This document shows, one piece after another, positions 29,653 to 39,586 of a DNA stretch of 64,000 nt; position 1 is the stretch's first letter; each line of letters begins with the position of its first letter. This DNA comes from Nitrospirales bacterium (GTDB lineage Bacteria; Nitrospirota; Nitrospiria; Nitrospirales; UBA8639). Position numbers and translations under genes: made by a program. The DNA lies in the NCBI GenBank assembly GCA_963555755.3, contig OY820905.2, positions 2,784,001 through 2,848,000 of the forward strand. The letters run 5' to 3'. The notes under the pieces were generated by a model. It was not told where the DNA came from and ran no database searches. It saw only the letters and a list, made by a program, of their open reading frames with translations.

Positions 29653-30462
29653 TTAGCTTTTTTCCGATACGGAGAGTTGCCAAGCGAACCAGGGCTGAAA
29701 CCATTGATAATCGTTTTGATAGGCTGTGTGGATACCGTGAGTGCCTTCGGCTTTCTCATTTAACGTCGTAAAGGTTCGAGGCCAGTTCTTGGTCCACCAG
29801 GATTTGAGTTCGCCGGCGCTGAAGGGCTGGTCGTTGGGTTGATAGATACCGGCGGCAGCCACGATATCGGCAATGAGCGGCCAATAGCGATCCTTGCCCA
29901 TGCCCAGAGCCCGGAAATGTTCCCGCAATAAAAAGACCACCCAGAGTTCCGCGCTGTGTTTTTTATTATGTTTAAAAGGCTGGGTTTGTCGTAGGGGGAT
30001 CGGGTGAAAGTTTTTGATGATCGAGGTGAAGTCCGGGCCGCCGTAACTGCCGGCGATTTGGGCAATGCCTTCTAGCATTGTCGCCAATTCAACCTCAACA
30101 ATGGGTGAGGCGGCGGGTTCTTGTTCAAACGGGTTGGGTGTCGTGAGAAGATCGATGAGAGGTTTGAGCTCACGCAACCTGACCACAGCCAATTGCAAGA
30201 TGTGCGAAGATTCAAGCCAGTAGTCCGTGTCATGTTTCGAAAGGCGCTCTCGTCCGGCTGGAGGCAAGACCACCGGGATCCAATGCCGCAACAGGACAAA
30301 CAAAATGTAATGGATATCCCCCTTGACCTCGACAATGTGGTCAAGCACTCCGTTGCCCTGGGCCTCATGAAAAAATCGTTGGGCCTTGTCTTCCACCCCA
30401 AGGTGTTGGGCTAACGCCACCCACCAATCAGCTTGAGGCTGAGGAGTTTGAAGGTCAGTCAT
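29653..30462 (-). CDS. Hypothetical protein
   Basis: 269-aa ORF filling the gap; no recognised motif. Confidence 0.65.
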   Translation of the reverse strand: MTDLQTPQPQADWWVALAQHLGVEDKAQRFFHEAQGNGVLDHIVEVKGDIHYILFVLLRHWIPVVLPPAGRERLSKHDTDYWLESSHILQLAVVRLRELKPLIDLLTTPNPFEQEPAASPIVEVELATMLEGIAQIAGSYGGPDFTSIIKNFHPIPLRQTQPFKHNKKHSAELWVVFLLREHFRALGMGKDRYWPLIADIVAAAGIYQPNDQPFSAGELKSWWTKNWPRTFTTLNEKAEGTHGIHTAYQNDYQWFQPWFAWQLSVSEKS

Positions 30463-30626
30463 AGAGGCTGTTGCGTACTGGCGGATAAATGGTGTGAGGT
30501 CGGTTCATCTCCAAGCGTAAGTGCATGGTACGAGGTGGCTGATGGCAACGCAAGTCAAAGTTGAGGTGTGCTCAGGTTTCTTCGCCAGACCATGGCGAAG
30601 GTTGAATCTGATCGGAGAAAGGTCAC

Positions 30627-31232
30627 ATGAAACAGATGGTGCTGCTTCGACATGGAGAGTCGCAATGGAATCTCGAGAATCGATTCACGGGTTGGGTGGA
30701 TGTGCCCTTGAGTCCTCGTGGTGAGCAGGAAGCCAAGGAGGCTGGCCAAAAATTGCAGACCTTTCGGTTCAACCATGCATTTACCTCAGTCCTGACTCGC
30801 GCCATAAAGACCCTCGAGTTTGTTCTGGAGGTGATCGGGCAAACGGATCTCCAGGTTGTAAAGCATCAGGCGCTGAACGAACGAAAGTATGGGGAACTCC
30901 AAGGGTTAAATAAGGCCGAGACTGTTGAAAAATATGGCGACCACCAGGTCAAACTGTGGCGGAGAAGTTATGATGTGCGGCCACCCGGGGGGGAGAGTTT
31001 GCAGGATACGGCTGAACGTGTGATCCCATATTATCAGGAGAAGATTTGGCCGATTCTTTCAAAAGGCGAGTCTATTTTGGTTGTTGCACATGGGAACAGT
31101 TTGCGCGCATTGGTTATGCATCTTGATCAACTACGCCGGGAAGAGGTTCTGGAATTAAATATTCCAACAGGGGCCCCATTGCTCTATGAACTTGATGATG
31201 AGGGTAAAATTCTGAGTCATCGATATTTATAA
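30627..31232 (+). CDS. gpmA: 2,3-BPG-dependent phosphoglycerate mutase
   Basis: LRHGESQWN..NRFTGW, AHGNSLR. Confidence 0.95.
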   Translation: MKQMVLLRHGESQWNLENRFTGWVDVPLSPRGEQEAKEAGQKLQTFRFNHAFTSVLTRAIKTLEFVLEVIGQTDLQVVKHQALNERKYGELQGLNKAETVEKYGDHQVKLWRRSYDVRPPGGESLQDTAERVIPYYQEKIWPILSKGESILVVAHGNSLRALVMHLDQLRREEVLELNIPTGAPLLYELDDEGKILSHRYL

Positions 31233-31252
31233 CGTTGTCGAAACTCCCTCCT

Positions 31253-31759
31253 TCAAGGCAAGTTGTCAGGGCTGAACCCCTCTTCGATCTCGGCGGCGGC
31301 CTGTCCGATTTCTTCCATAGGCACCAAGTCTAGTAGCAGAACCAGGAGCTTGTGTTCTTCTCCTCGGGGAATGGTTCCTTCTGATTCTAAGGTGCCAGCC
31401 ACTTGGGTTAAGATAGCGATAGGCTCACCTCCCTGATTGCCCATGTGGTCCCAGGCTTTGTGCTTCGTCTCTATGTCCGAGAAGAATTGTTCAATGGGCC
31501 GGTGCACGAAGCCAAATCGGCTTTCCCACCGTTCTCGGACCTGTGTTTGAACATGCTCCCAGATTTCCTTTCCTGCCTGCTCGGGGATGCCGACTTGTAT
31601 GGCACGTTTGATCCAGTATGTTGAAAGCAGCACAATTTCCCAGGTGATGGATTGGGCCTGTTCCTGAGATACCGTAAGGCCATAGTCCTCAAAGAAATCT
31701 GGTGCAATGGCGGGAGGGATTACGTTGAATAGGGTTTCAGCGCCTTGTTCGTGGGCCAT
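31253..31759 (-). CDS. Hypothetical protein
   Basis: 168-aa ORF. Confidence 0.65.
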   Translation of the reverse strand: MAHEQGAETLFNVIPPAIAPDFFEDYGLTVSQEQAQSITWEIVLLSTYWIKRAIQVGIPEQAGKEIWEHVQTQVRERWESRFGFVHRPIEQFFSDIETKHKAWDHMGNQGGEPIAILTQVAGTLESEGTIPRGEEHKLLVLLLDLVPMEEIGQAAAEIEEGFSPDNLP

Positions 31760-31790
31760 ACAAACGGTGTCCTGGGGAACAAATATATCC

Positions 31791-31981
31791 AGGGAATGTT
31801 GAAAAAAGCCGCCAGCGGCGTTCTCGCCCTTTTGCCGTGCTCACGTACTATGAGTACGCTCCGCGCGTCAAAAGGGCTGCGGCCTTGCTGGACGGACTTT
31901 TTTGAACATTCCCTCTCACTGACGATGTGGGGCTCATCTGGAGCGTGTATTGGCTATTGACGCGAATTATTCAACAGCCCC
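31791..31981. repeat. Family D element, extended form
   Basis: Core 31791-31914 with TIR GGGAATGTTGAAAAAAG; tail ends ATTCAACAGCCCC. Confidence 0.88.
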
Positions 31982-32135
31982 ATCCAGCATACGAAGGTGT
32001 GGCTTCATGGTGCAAGCGTGTTCCTTGACACTGAAAGTTTTCTAATGCCAGGCTTTCTTCTAAGAAAAGGGGGCGCGGTACACATTCATTGAACGCCTTT
32101 TCTGGTTACATCTTGCTAGAAATTCGACGAGGGGA

Positions 32136-32525
32136 TTGATGGCTGCTTTATTCCTATTTGGTGCAATTAGTTTGACCTGGGGTGTGATGGGATTAATGAT
32201 GACCCTTGCGCCTACGGCATGGATCGCCTTTGCTAAGAAGGTGTTGCATGATCCCTGGCAACGATTTTGGATGGCCCAGGGGATGCTCGTGATTGGATTG
32301 GTGTTAATCATTGGCACCCCCACGCTTCAGGGATATTGGCTGTGGGTAGGATGCGGAATCGTGGTGGTAGTCAAGGCTTGCATCCTCCTGGGGTCAACAG
32401 AGGCATTTCGTGATCGATGGACGACCCTGGCCACTACCAGGCCGACGTGGGTGTATCGAAGTGGCGGCATCCTGTCGTTGGTGATCGCTGCTTGCCTTGC
32501 GGCGGATACGATTCTCCATGGCTGA
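32136..32525 (+). CDS. Small membrane protein (about 4 TM)
   Basis: Hydrophobic 129-aa ORF. Confidence 0.7.
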   Translation: MMAALFLFGAISLTWGVMGLMMTLAPTAWIAFAKKVLHDPWQRFWMAQGMLVIGLVLIIGTPTLQGYWLWVGCGIVVVVKACILLGSTEAFRDRWTTLATTRPTWVYRSGGILSLVIAACLAADTILHG

Positions 32526-32835
32526 CCTCACTCCAGACCTTTCCAGTGACTCTTCCCTGCTTTCCTCTTTGTGGCAGGTGCATCAATCGGCGGAATGGCC
32601 GGTTGCCGGGAATGCCCATGAGGGCGAGTTGATGACGTTGGATACGGTCGTGGCCGGCTGTGTCACGTATTATGTGGAGGAGCATGGCCTTGATACCCAA
32701 CGGGTGGGAATTCTCAAGGACTGCTTAGCCGATCTAGAGAATTTGTTGCCGGACTTGGAGCCCGATCCTCAAGCCTATTTCGAACGGCTTCTACAGCTTG
32801 GAGATTTGCTCCTGAAGCTTACCCTTGTTGTTTGA
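32518..32835 (+). CDS. Hypothetical protein
   Basis: Start MADLT overlaps the end of the upstream gene. Confidence 0.65.
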   Translation: MADLTPDLSSDSSLLSSLWQVHQSAEWPVAGNAHEGELMTLDTVVAGCVTYYVEEHGLDTQRVGILKDCLADLENLLPDLEPDPQAYFERLLQLGDLLLKLTLVV

Positions 32836-32935
32836 GAAGGCGTGTCCAAGCTTTCCCTAAAAAATCCCCTTCTTGTTTGCCCTTCACTCTTGCCTCATCT
32901 TAGATAGAAAAATCACCGGCAGCCCTATCAGGCTC

Positions 32936-33231
32936 TAGGAGCCTGTCCGAGATTAGCGATCGTAGCGAGGATGTGCTGGTTTGAGTCAGATGTTTCGATC
33001 GTTTGAGGCAAATAGTGGGACTATTCAACGAAAACAGGGAAGGTTGAAAAAGGCCGTCCAGCAAGGCCGCAGGGCTTTTGGCGCGCGGAGCGTACATGGA
33101 GTACGTGAGCACGCCAAAAGCCCGAGAACGCAGCTGGCGGCCTTTTTCAACATTCCCCGAAAAGGATCGGAAGATCTGGCCACCTCCAGCGCATCCGAAG
33201 TAGATTCGTCTAATCTGAGGCAAGTTCATAG
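32936..33231. repeat. Family F element interrupted by a family D insertion
   Basis: Both halves match the reverse complement of 743-892. Confidence 0.8.
33035..33157. mobile_element. Family D MITE with CGAAAA target duplication
   Basis: CGAAAA at 33029-33034 and 33158-33163; single copy in the uninterrupted F element. Confidence 0.8.
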
Positions 33232-33250
33232 GCAGGGGTTTCCGACAGTT

Positions 33251-34042
33251 CTATGCGATCTCTATTTCTTGGCCTTCGGACAGAATGTGAAGATTGGAAA
33301 TACCCAATCCCTTCAATTGATCAGCAATCCGATGCCGAAATTGGGGTTTGAGGTGGTAGACATACACTGGCAGGTCAGGCTTTCCGATTTTTTGAAATTC
33401 TTCCTGCAATAGGCTCGGGGTGAGATGTCGGCTGGCTAAGGCCAAATCACTCATTTCGTCAGGGAGGGATGTTTCAATAAACGCGGCTTTGAGGTTCGGG
33501 ACTTCCGCCGCCGCACGCCAAAGGGCATCTGTCTGATGCGTATCACTGCTCAAGACCCATCCTACATGCTGATCCCGGATGATCAATCCCACGGTAGGCA
33601 CGAGATGGTTGACCGAAATCGGCGTCAATCGTACATCGCCCAATTGACTTTCTTGCCCTTCGTGGAGGACCTCGGTTCGAAGAATAGGGTGTTCTGAGTC
33701 GGGTAATGCAAAGAAGTTCGGAAAGATCACATCATTAAAAATATGCGCCTTTAGATCTCCGAGGACCTGTGGAATGCTGGCGACCGTAACCGAATTGGTA
33801 GTACAACTAATGAGATTGTCAGCTAAGGAGGGAAGTTCTTTGAGATGATCAATATGGGTATGTGTAAGAACGATATGCCGAATCCGTTTTTGGGATTCTA
33901 AGTTTAACGCGGAAGAAACCGTGCCCGCGTCAATCATTAACGAATCATTGACAAGGAAGCCGATGCTTCGGCAACAGTGTTCTTCTCCCCGCTCATGGGT
34001 GAGGGAGTCTGATCCGTGGCATCCGAGGATTTTTATGTTCAT
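33251..34042 (-). CDS. Class II cyclic-nucleotide phosphodiesterase (MBL fold)
   Basis: LGCHGS, THTHIDH, IFNDVIFPNF, HLKP. Confidence 0.85.
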   Translation of the reverse strand: MNIKILGCHGSDSLTHERGEEHCCRSIGFLVNDSLMIDAGTVSSALNLESQKRIRHIVLTHTHIDHLKELPSLADNLISCTTNSVTVASIPQVLGDLKAHIFNDVIFPNFFALPDSEHPILRTEVLHEGQESQLGDVRLTPISVNHLVPTVGLIIRDQHVGWVLSSDTHQTDALWRAAAEVPNLKAAFIETSLPDEMSDLALASRHLTPSLLQEEFQKIGKPDLPVYVYHLKPQFRHRIADQLKGLGISNLHILSEGQEIEIA

Positions 34043-34213
34043 GGACAATCCATTCCTTTGGAGGCCTGGTGTTGTAATAGTTATCATTACATGAAACTAG
34101 GGCGTTCGTCACTCCTGGGCAGTGATCTTTGTCACAGAGAAGCAAAGAACTGGGTTTTGCGAGAAACACAGGTCCTGCGAGAGATGCCTGCCTTTTTATT
34201 CCCACAGTCTTTT

Positions 34214-34257
34214 GGGACCTTCCTTCGACAGGCTCAGGACAGGTTTTGAACAGCCCC
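34214..34257. repeat. Partial family D end with nested CCTTCGACAGGCTCAGGACAGG hairpin
   Basis: Ends TTTTGAACAGCCCC; same arrangement at 40771-40811. Confidence 0.6.
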
Positions 34258-34453
34258 TTGTCCTCCTGAAAATTGTGCGAGTTGGGCAGTTGTCCCTAAT
34301 TTGAAAATTTTTTAAATTATCAATACCTGTTTGTCACGGAACTCGTGTCCGGCAACCCAATTCCTTCTTGTTTGACGCCCTGAAAAAACCTGTGGTATCG
34401 TGATTTTTCTGTTCTAGACCGTTGAAAAATAAGCTGAAATTGCGAGCCAGACT

Positions 34454-35368
34454 ATGGGAAAAGACTTAAAAGAAATCCTAGGGAAACTAAAGTATACCGA
34501 CGATGCGAAGGTGATCCAACAACTCACCGCTCATACCAAGCACGTGCATGATCGCATGTCAGGCATCAAGCACAAGCTCGTCATCATGAGTGGCAAGGGC
34601 GGGGTTGGCAAGAGCATGACCACGGTCAATTTGGCTTTGGCCTTGGCTCGACAGGGCAAAAAAGTAGGGATTATTGATGTTGATCTGAACGGACCTTGCA
34701 TTCCCCAGATGATGGGGATTCATGGAAAAGGCCTTGAAATTACCCCGGAAGGCGCGCGACCACCGGAAGGCCCCTATGGCATAAAAGTGGCGTCCATGGA
34801 TTTCCTGCTCAGTGAAGCGGCACCTGTTCGGTGGAAAGGACCCATGGATTTGAGTCCGGTTTGGCTCGGGCTCATGGAAATGAATGTCATTCGTGAGTTC
34901 CTCGCGGATATCATTTGGGGAGAGCTGGATTTTCTGCTGGCGGACCTTCCTCCAGGAGCAGCGGCTGATAAACCGCCGGTCATTGCCGGCTTCCTTCCGG
35001 ATCTGGCCGGAGCCGTGGTGGTCACCACGCCATCGGAAGTCGCGTCGAATGTCGTGCAGAAATCGATTGGCTACGCCACCGAACTCGGCATTACAGTCCT
35101 GGGCGTCATTGAAAACATGAGCTACTACCGGTGCCCTTCTTGTGGTGAAGAGAACGAATTATTCGAAGGCAACACAGAAGGCATGTGCGAAGCGTTGAAC
35201 CTGCCATTGCTTGGCCGCATTCCCTTTGATCGCGACTTTGCCAAAACCTTTGATAAAGGCATCCCGTTGTTGGATGATCAACATCCGACCATTCAGCGCT
35301 ATCAAAATATTGTTGGACGAATCCAATCGTTATTGGATTACAAAAAAGTTCTGGCTGAGAAGCTATAA
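34454..35368 (+). CDS. Mrp/NBP35 (ApbC-like) P-loop ATPase
   Basis: SGKGGVGKS, DLPPG, ENMS..CPSC. Confidence 0.9.
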   Translation: MGKDLKEILGKLKYTDDAKVIQQLTAHTKHVHDRMSGIKHKLVIMSGKGGVGKSMTTVNLALALARQGKKVGIIDVDLNGPCIPQMMGIHGKGLEITPEGARPPEGPYGIKVASMDFLLSEAAPVRWKGPMDLSPVWLGLMEMNVIREFLADIIWGELDFLLADLPPGAAADKPPVIAGFLPDLAGAVVVTTPSEVASNVVQKSIGYATELGITVLGVIENMSYYRCPSCGEENELFEGNTEGMCEALNLPLLGRIPFDRDFAKTFDKGIPLLDDQHPTIQRYQNIVGRIQSLLDYKKVLAEKL

Positions 35369-35422
35369 TGAGTGGTGTAACCCGAGCTTCTCTCAATCCC
35401 AACTCTCCTGTGTGAGGACGTT

Positions 35423-36166
35423 ATGAAATTTGTCTGCTTAAATTGCGAAACGTATATGAATTTTGAAAAGGTTGAAAAGCCTGCCGAAGGGACACTTGGT
35501 GTGTTTTTCGCCTGTCCGTCCTGTGATGCCAAAGTGTCGATGGTGACCAATCCGGGGGAAACCCAAATGGTCAGTACTCTTGGGGTACAACTCGGCGGAC
35601 GCACCGTCGATGCTATACCTCTGGAAATGACGCGGGGAACCTTAAAAGAGGAAGTGAGTGCCCCGGCAGACTCAGCGTCCATGGCTGCCTATCTCAATGA
35701 CAAAATCCAAGCGGGGGAAAGTGCAGCACCGGCTGGAGCGACAACCGCGAAGGAAGGCGAAGGAGGTTGTCCCTTTTCCGCGATAGTCGCGCAGATGGGA
35801 TTGACCACAGGCGGCACCTCAACCGGAACTCAACAATCCGATCTTCAATGGACACCCGATGCGCAAGAGCGTTTAGGCAAACTCCCCTCCTTTGTCCAAC
35901 CCATGGTCAAAGGCAGTGTCGAAACCTATGCAAGGAAGAATAGCTACACCACTGTGACGCTCCAAGTCATGGATGATTCGAAGAATAATACATCGGATGG
36001 GATGAATTGGTCTCCTGAGGCCGAAGAGCGGCTGAAAAATATTCCAGACTTCATTCAACCCATGGCCCGAAAAGAAATTGAGCGTATAGCCCAAGAGCGT
36101 GGCGTGACTACCATCTCCGCAGAACTCATGGACGAAGCCAAAGACAAGTTCATGAAGTTTATGTAA
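35423..36166 (+). CDS. CxxC/CxxC protein with two C-terminal PCP_red-like repeats
   Basis: CLNC...CPSC; WTPDAQERL.KLPSFV and WSPEAEERL..IPDFI. Confidence 0.75.
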   Translation: MKFVCLNCETYMNFEKVEKPAEGTLGVFFACPSCDAKVSMVTNPGETQMVSTLGVQLGGRTVDAIPLEMTRGTLKEEVSAPADSASMAAYLNDKIQAGESAAPAGATTAKEGEGGCPFSAIVAQMGLTTGGTSTGTQQSDLQWTPDAQERLGKLPSFVQPMVKGSVETYARKNSYTTVTLQVMDDSKNNTSDGMNWSPEAEERLKNIPDFIQPMARKEIERIAQERGVTTISAELMDEAKDKFMKFM

Positions 36167-36185
36167 CGCGGATTCAATAGATCCT

Positions 36186-36218
36186 AAAAAAGGCGGCTCA
36201 CTTGAGCCGCCTTTTTTT
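36186..36218. terminator. Intrinsic terminator, possibly bidirectional
   Basis: AAAAAAGGCGGCTCA-CT-TGAGCCGCCTTTTTTT. Confidence 0.85.
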
Positions 36219-36236
36219 GTTCATTTTTTCACGTTT

Positions 36237-36268
36237 GTCATTCCCGACATCCTTTATCGGGAATCCAG
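36237..36268. repeat. REP-like hairpin GTCATTCCCG...CGGGAATCCAG
   Basis: ATTCCCGA / TCGGGAAT palindrome. Confidence 0.6.
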
Positions 36269-36278
36269 AATTTATTTT

Positions 36279-36473
36279 ATGCGGGGTTTCGTCCCCGCAC
36301 GACGAGGCACTTTTGTTTCGGCGAAAGTACCCAAAACCATGTTCGCTCGTTCGCGTCCCTGCGGGTAAACTCCGCCCCGGCACCGAATTAAATGGCTGCG
36401 CAACTCGCTCCGCTCAAACAGTGCTCGCCGAATAGTCGAATTCGGCACCGCGGCTCTGCCGCGTCCGAAGGCG
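36279..36473 (+). repeat. Family E repeat E4 (beta subtype)
   Basis: Closest to E3, including the inward flank. Confidence 0.9.
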
Positions 36474-36704
36474 TGGGAGATACTCAAAAAACAAATAAAG
36501 TTTTTTAACGGGAGGCAGGGAGACCGAACCATAAACGCAATTCTCATGCCTCTGATCTAAGTTCTGGTACTTGGATTATTAGCTGATATGTGGCATTGAT
36601 AGACATGCTCCCTTCTCGAATTTCCTTCTTTTTTCGGCACAGATAAATTTGGTAGGCGCCCATGAGCCCCAAAAGTTTTCCTCTACTTAAGGAGAAAAAA
36701 TAAG

Positions 36705-38036
36705 TTGGCAATTTGTCTAGCTATTTTCCTAATTGCTTTTAATCTATTTATCCCACCCCCAGCGATAGCCGTGGATTTTGAGGATATCCCACCCTCTGTT
36801 CGGCAATCCGTAATCCGGCTTTCAGGAAATTCAGGGTGTGCGACGGGGTTTATCGTTGGAAATCAAATCGTGACAAATGCCCACGTGACAGAAAAACTTT
36901 GTCCTTACGGAGAATGTGATCCCATCACGGTTAAAATACTGGACTCGGTAGAAACCGAATCCTGGAAATATTTAAAAAACCAAGAGGCCGTAATGGTACA
37001 AGAAGTTCCTACCTTAGACGTGGCTCTGCTTAAAATACCGAGCATCACCCAAAATTCAATTTCACAAACCAGTTTTTCTTCAGCGAAAATTGGTGGCCAG
37101 GTCTATATTTTAGGGTTCCCAAGTTGCGGGGACATTACGCTGACAGAAGGCAAAATTTTGGCAAAAACCCCCACTGGATTCCGCACCTCCGCTTTGACAA
37201 AAAAGGGAAGTAGCGGCAGTCCGGTCTTTAACCAAAACTTTGAGATCATTGGGGTCGCAATGCAAAGTAGCAGTCTTATAGGCGGAATTGCCTCGTTACC
37301 TTTTAACACTTCAACACCTACCGATTTTGTAGATATAGGCTATACACAGACTGTTCTCTGGTCTAAAGATTCAGAGTTAGCCCTTATCGAAATGAAAATC
37401 TTAAATTCCATATACCGTGATTTTGTCGTCTCATCAAAAGGCCTAGATCGAATGCGTGCCAGCTTTGACTTCATTATGGCCGCAGATGTTGTATTGCGAC
37501 GTTCGTCATTTTTTCTATTGGACAAGGGAACCCTGTTTGCCCTTTTTGCTGGACGAGAAAATTCTCTGAATTTTTTAAGACATCCGTTTAAGCCCTCAAG
37601 CCCGGAATTGCTAGAAGCCGAAAAACTTGGGACGGCCTTTGCCTTGGAAGTGTATGGGTTGCACGATGAAACCTTTGAGGAGATTGATGTTCCTGCCCTT
37701 CTTGAGAACCTACGAGATTCCGGGCGTTCTCGCCATCATGCTCAAAGTCTTGAAGAACTTATTTCATTGGCACAAGTCCATAAACCCGCTAATTGGATTT
37801 TTTCAATTTTATTATTCTTTGGGTTTGGGTTGTCCTTACTTGCGGCATGGGGATGGTCCTTAGGTTATGTCTTTAAAGCCGCTAATGGCTCCTGGCACCT
37901 TCGAATTCTAAAAATGATGGTGATAGGTTTGATGTTGTGGCCTTTATCGTTGATTGCATTCTGGCTGATGAATAAACCACAACAAATTCCTGAGCCCACC
38001 AATTCCACTAACCCATCGAATCAGGGGATTCACTGA
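36705..38036 (+). CDS. Trypsin-like serine protease with signal peptide and C-terminal TM helices
   Basis: Triad motifs IVTNAHV, DVALL, GSSGSPV; start uncertain. Confidence 0.8.
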   Translation: MAICLAIFLIAFNLFIPPPAIAVDFEDIPPSVRQSVIRLSGNSGCATGFIVGNQIVTNAHVTEKLCPYGECDPITVKILDSVETESWKYLKNQEAVMVQEVPTLDVALLKIPSITQNSISQTSFSSAKIGGQVYILGFPSCGDITLTEGKILAKTPTGFRTSALTKKGSSGSPVFNQNFEIIGVAMQSSSLIGGIASLPFNTSTPTDFVDIGYTQTVLWSKDSELALIEMKILNSIYRDFVVSSKGLDRMRASFDFIMAADVVLRRSSFFLLDKGTLFALFAGRENSLNFLRHPFKPSSPELLEAEKLGTAFALEVYGLHDETFEEIDVPALLENLRDSGRSRHHAQSLEELISLAQVHKPANWIFSILLFFGFGLSLLAAWGWSLGYVFKAANGSWHLRILKMMVIGLMLWPLSLIAFWLMNKPQQIPEPTNSTNPSNQGIH

Positions 38037-38077
38037 GGGTTTCAGGCTATAGTCCCTGTGTGGCTATTTTTTCTTAC

Positions 38078-38270
38078 CGCCTTGGGGTGCGGCGGAGCCG
38101 CAGCCCCGAATCGATTTCTCGGCGAGGGCTGTTTGAGCGGAGCGAGTTCCCTCGCCATCTTATTCGGGGCGGAGGCGGAGGGACCCCATGGGCCGCGCAC
38201 GGGCGGAAATGGTTTTGGGTCCTTTTGCCGAAACGAAAGGACCTCGTCGCGCGGGGACGAAACCCCGCAT
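38078..38270 (-). repeat. Family E repeat E5 (alpha subtype)
   Basis: Closest to E2 (GGGGTCCCTCCGCCTCCGC.CCGAATAAGATGGC). Confidence 0.9.
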
Positions 38271-38414
38271 AAAATAAAACACCGCTGGATTCCTGCCAGC
38301 AACTTCGACAATAACTCAAATTGGATGAAAGATCCTGAGTCGAAGTTCGAGGAGAAATTTATTTGAAAGTGGTTAGAGAAAAGAAGTCCAGATGGACGGA
38401 AGGGAATCGATTTC

Positions 38415-39428
38415 TTATTCGCACCAAGTGCCCGGTTGACAGATCGCAGTTGTTGATGGAGAAGAAACTGCAGAAGTAGAGACTGATTCGGTTGGGGTTG
38501 AGGCTTCGCACCAGGATCCCAAAGCGCATTCGGCCGGGGCTGATTGAGATGGGTTCGGGGCACTTGCCCCCACACTTTGTGGAGAAGGATTTGCCAGCAT
38601 TCCAGAGTTTGCATTCGGGGTAGATTGATTCAGCGGAAGAAAGCTGGTCGTGAGAAGATTGGTGTTCAACGTGCCTAAGTTTTGCGCGACCACGAGATCG
38701 GGATGTTCCTTTTGAAGCTTCGCCAACATTTTCAAGCCATCATCTCGTAATTTGTGACGTGGATGTTCACGGACTAAGGCGATCAGCCAGTCCCGCGACC
38801 AATCGGGGGCGCCTAAATCCTTATAGGTTTTGGCCAATTCATATTTGGCTTTCGCCGCCGCTTCCAAGTGGGGATAGGACTCAATCACCATTTTGTATCG
38901 TTTGGCTGCCGCGAGATAGGCTTCCTTTTGATAATAAAATTCCGCCACAAACAGATGGTGCTGGGCCAAGAGGTCTTCGCATTCGCCAATCTTGGTTCTG
39001 GCTTCGGCTTCATACCGACTGGCTGGGTGGTCCTGCATCAGTTGGATGAACTCTTCGCGAGCTTTTTCAATAGGGCTGACATCGCGATCAATGGTTTGAA
39101 TCATTTTAAAATGGCTGAGGGCTAGTCGATACTGTGCGTAGGGTGCCAGCACATGGTTGCGATGAAGATCTAAAAAGTGTTGATATTCGACGATGGCTTC
39201 AGCATAGCCCTCTTTATCATGGAAGGATTCAGCCCTTTTCATGATGACGTTGGGGTCGTAGTTCATTTCAATGGTGTCCCCAACAAAGATCTGTTCGTCC
39301 GTCCCACTGAGCGGAGCGTTTGTGGAGGCAGATTCATTTTCCGGCGTGCTTGTGCAGCCACCGAGTAGAATTGCTGCGAGAAACATGGCGCCGACCGCTA
39401 TGGATAAATTTTTTGTGGAGATTGTCAT
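38415..39428 (-). CDS. bamD: Outer-membrane assembly lipoprotein BamD
   Basis: Lipobox LGGC; TPRs; PYAQY, IDRD, VAEFYY...AAAKRY. Confidence 0.85.
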   Translation of the reverse strand: MTISTKNLSIAVGAMFLAAILLGGCTSTPENESASTNAPLSGTDEQIFVGDTIEMNYDPNVIMKRAESFHDKEGYAEAIVEYQHFLDLHRNHVLAPYAQYRLALSHFKMIQTIDRDVSPIEKAREEFIQLMQDHPASRYEAEARTKIGECEDLLAQHHLFVAEFYYQKEAYLAAAKRYKMVIESYPHLEAAAKAKYELAKTYKDLGAPDWSRDWLIALVREHPRHKLRDDGLKMLAKLQKEHPDLVVAQNLGTLNTNLLTTSFLPLNQSTPNANSGMLANPSPQSVGASAPNPSQSAPAECALGSWCEASTPTESVSTSAVSSPSTTAICQPGTWCE

Positions 39429-39586
39429 AAATTTAAAACGAAAGAACATGCTCCAGCCCGCAACCTTTTAATACTATCATAAATACGTACTTTCACGCAA
39501 GATTTCTTCCGTTTATGTTTCCATAATGCAGATGTGATATCCACAATGCACCTACCCATTTTATAATGTGAAGATGAGGGTTTTTC

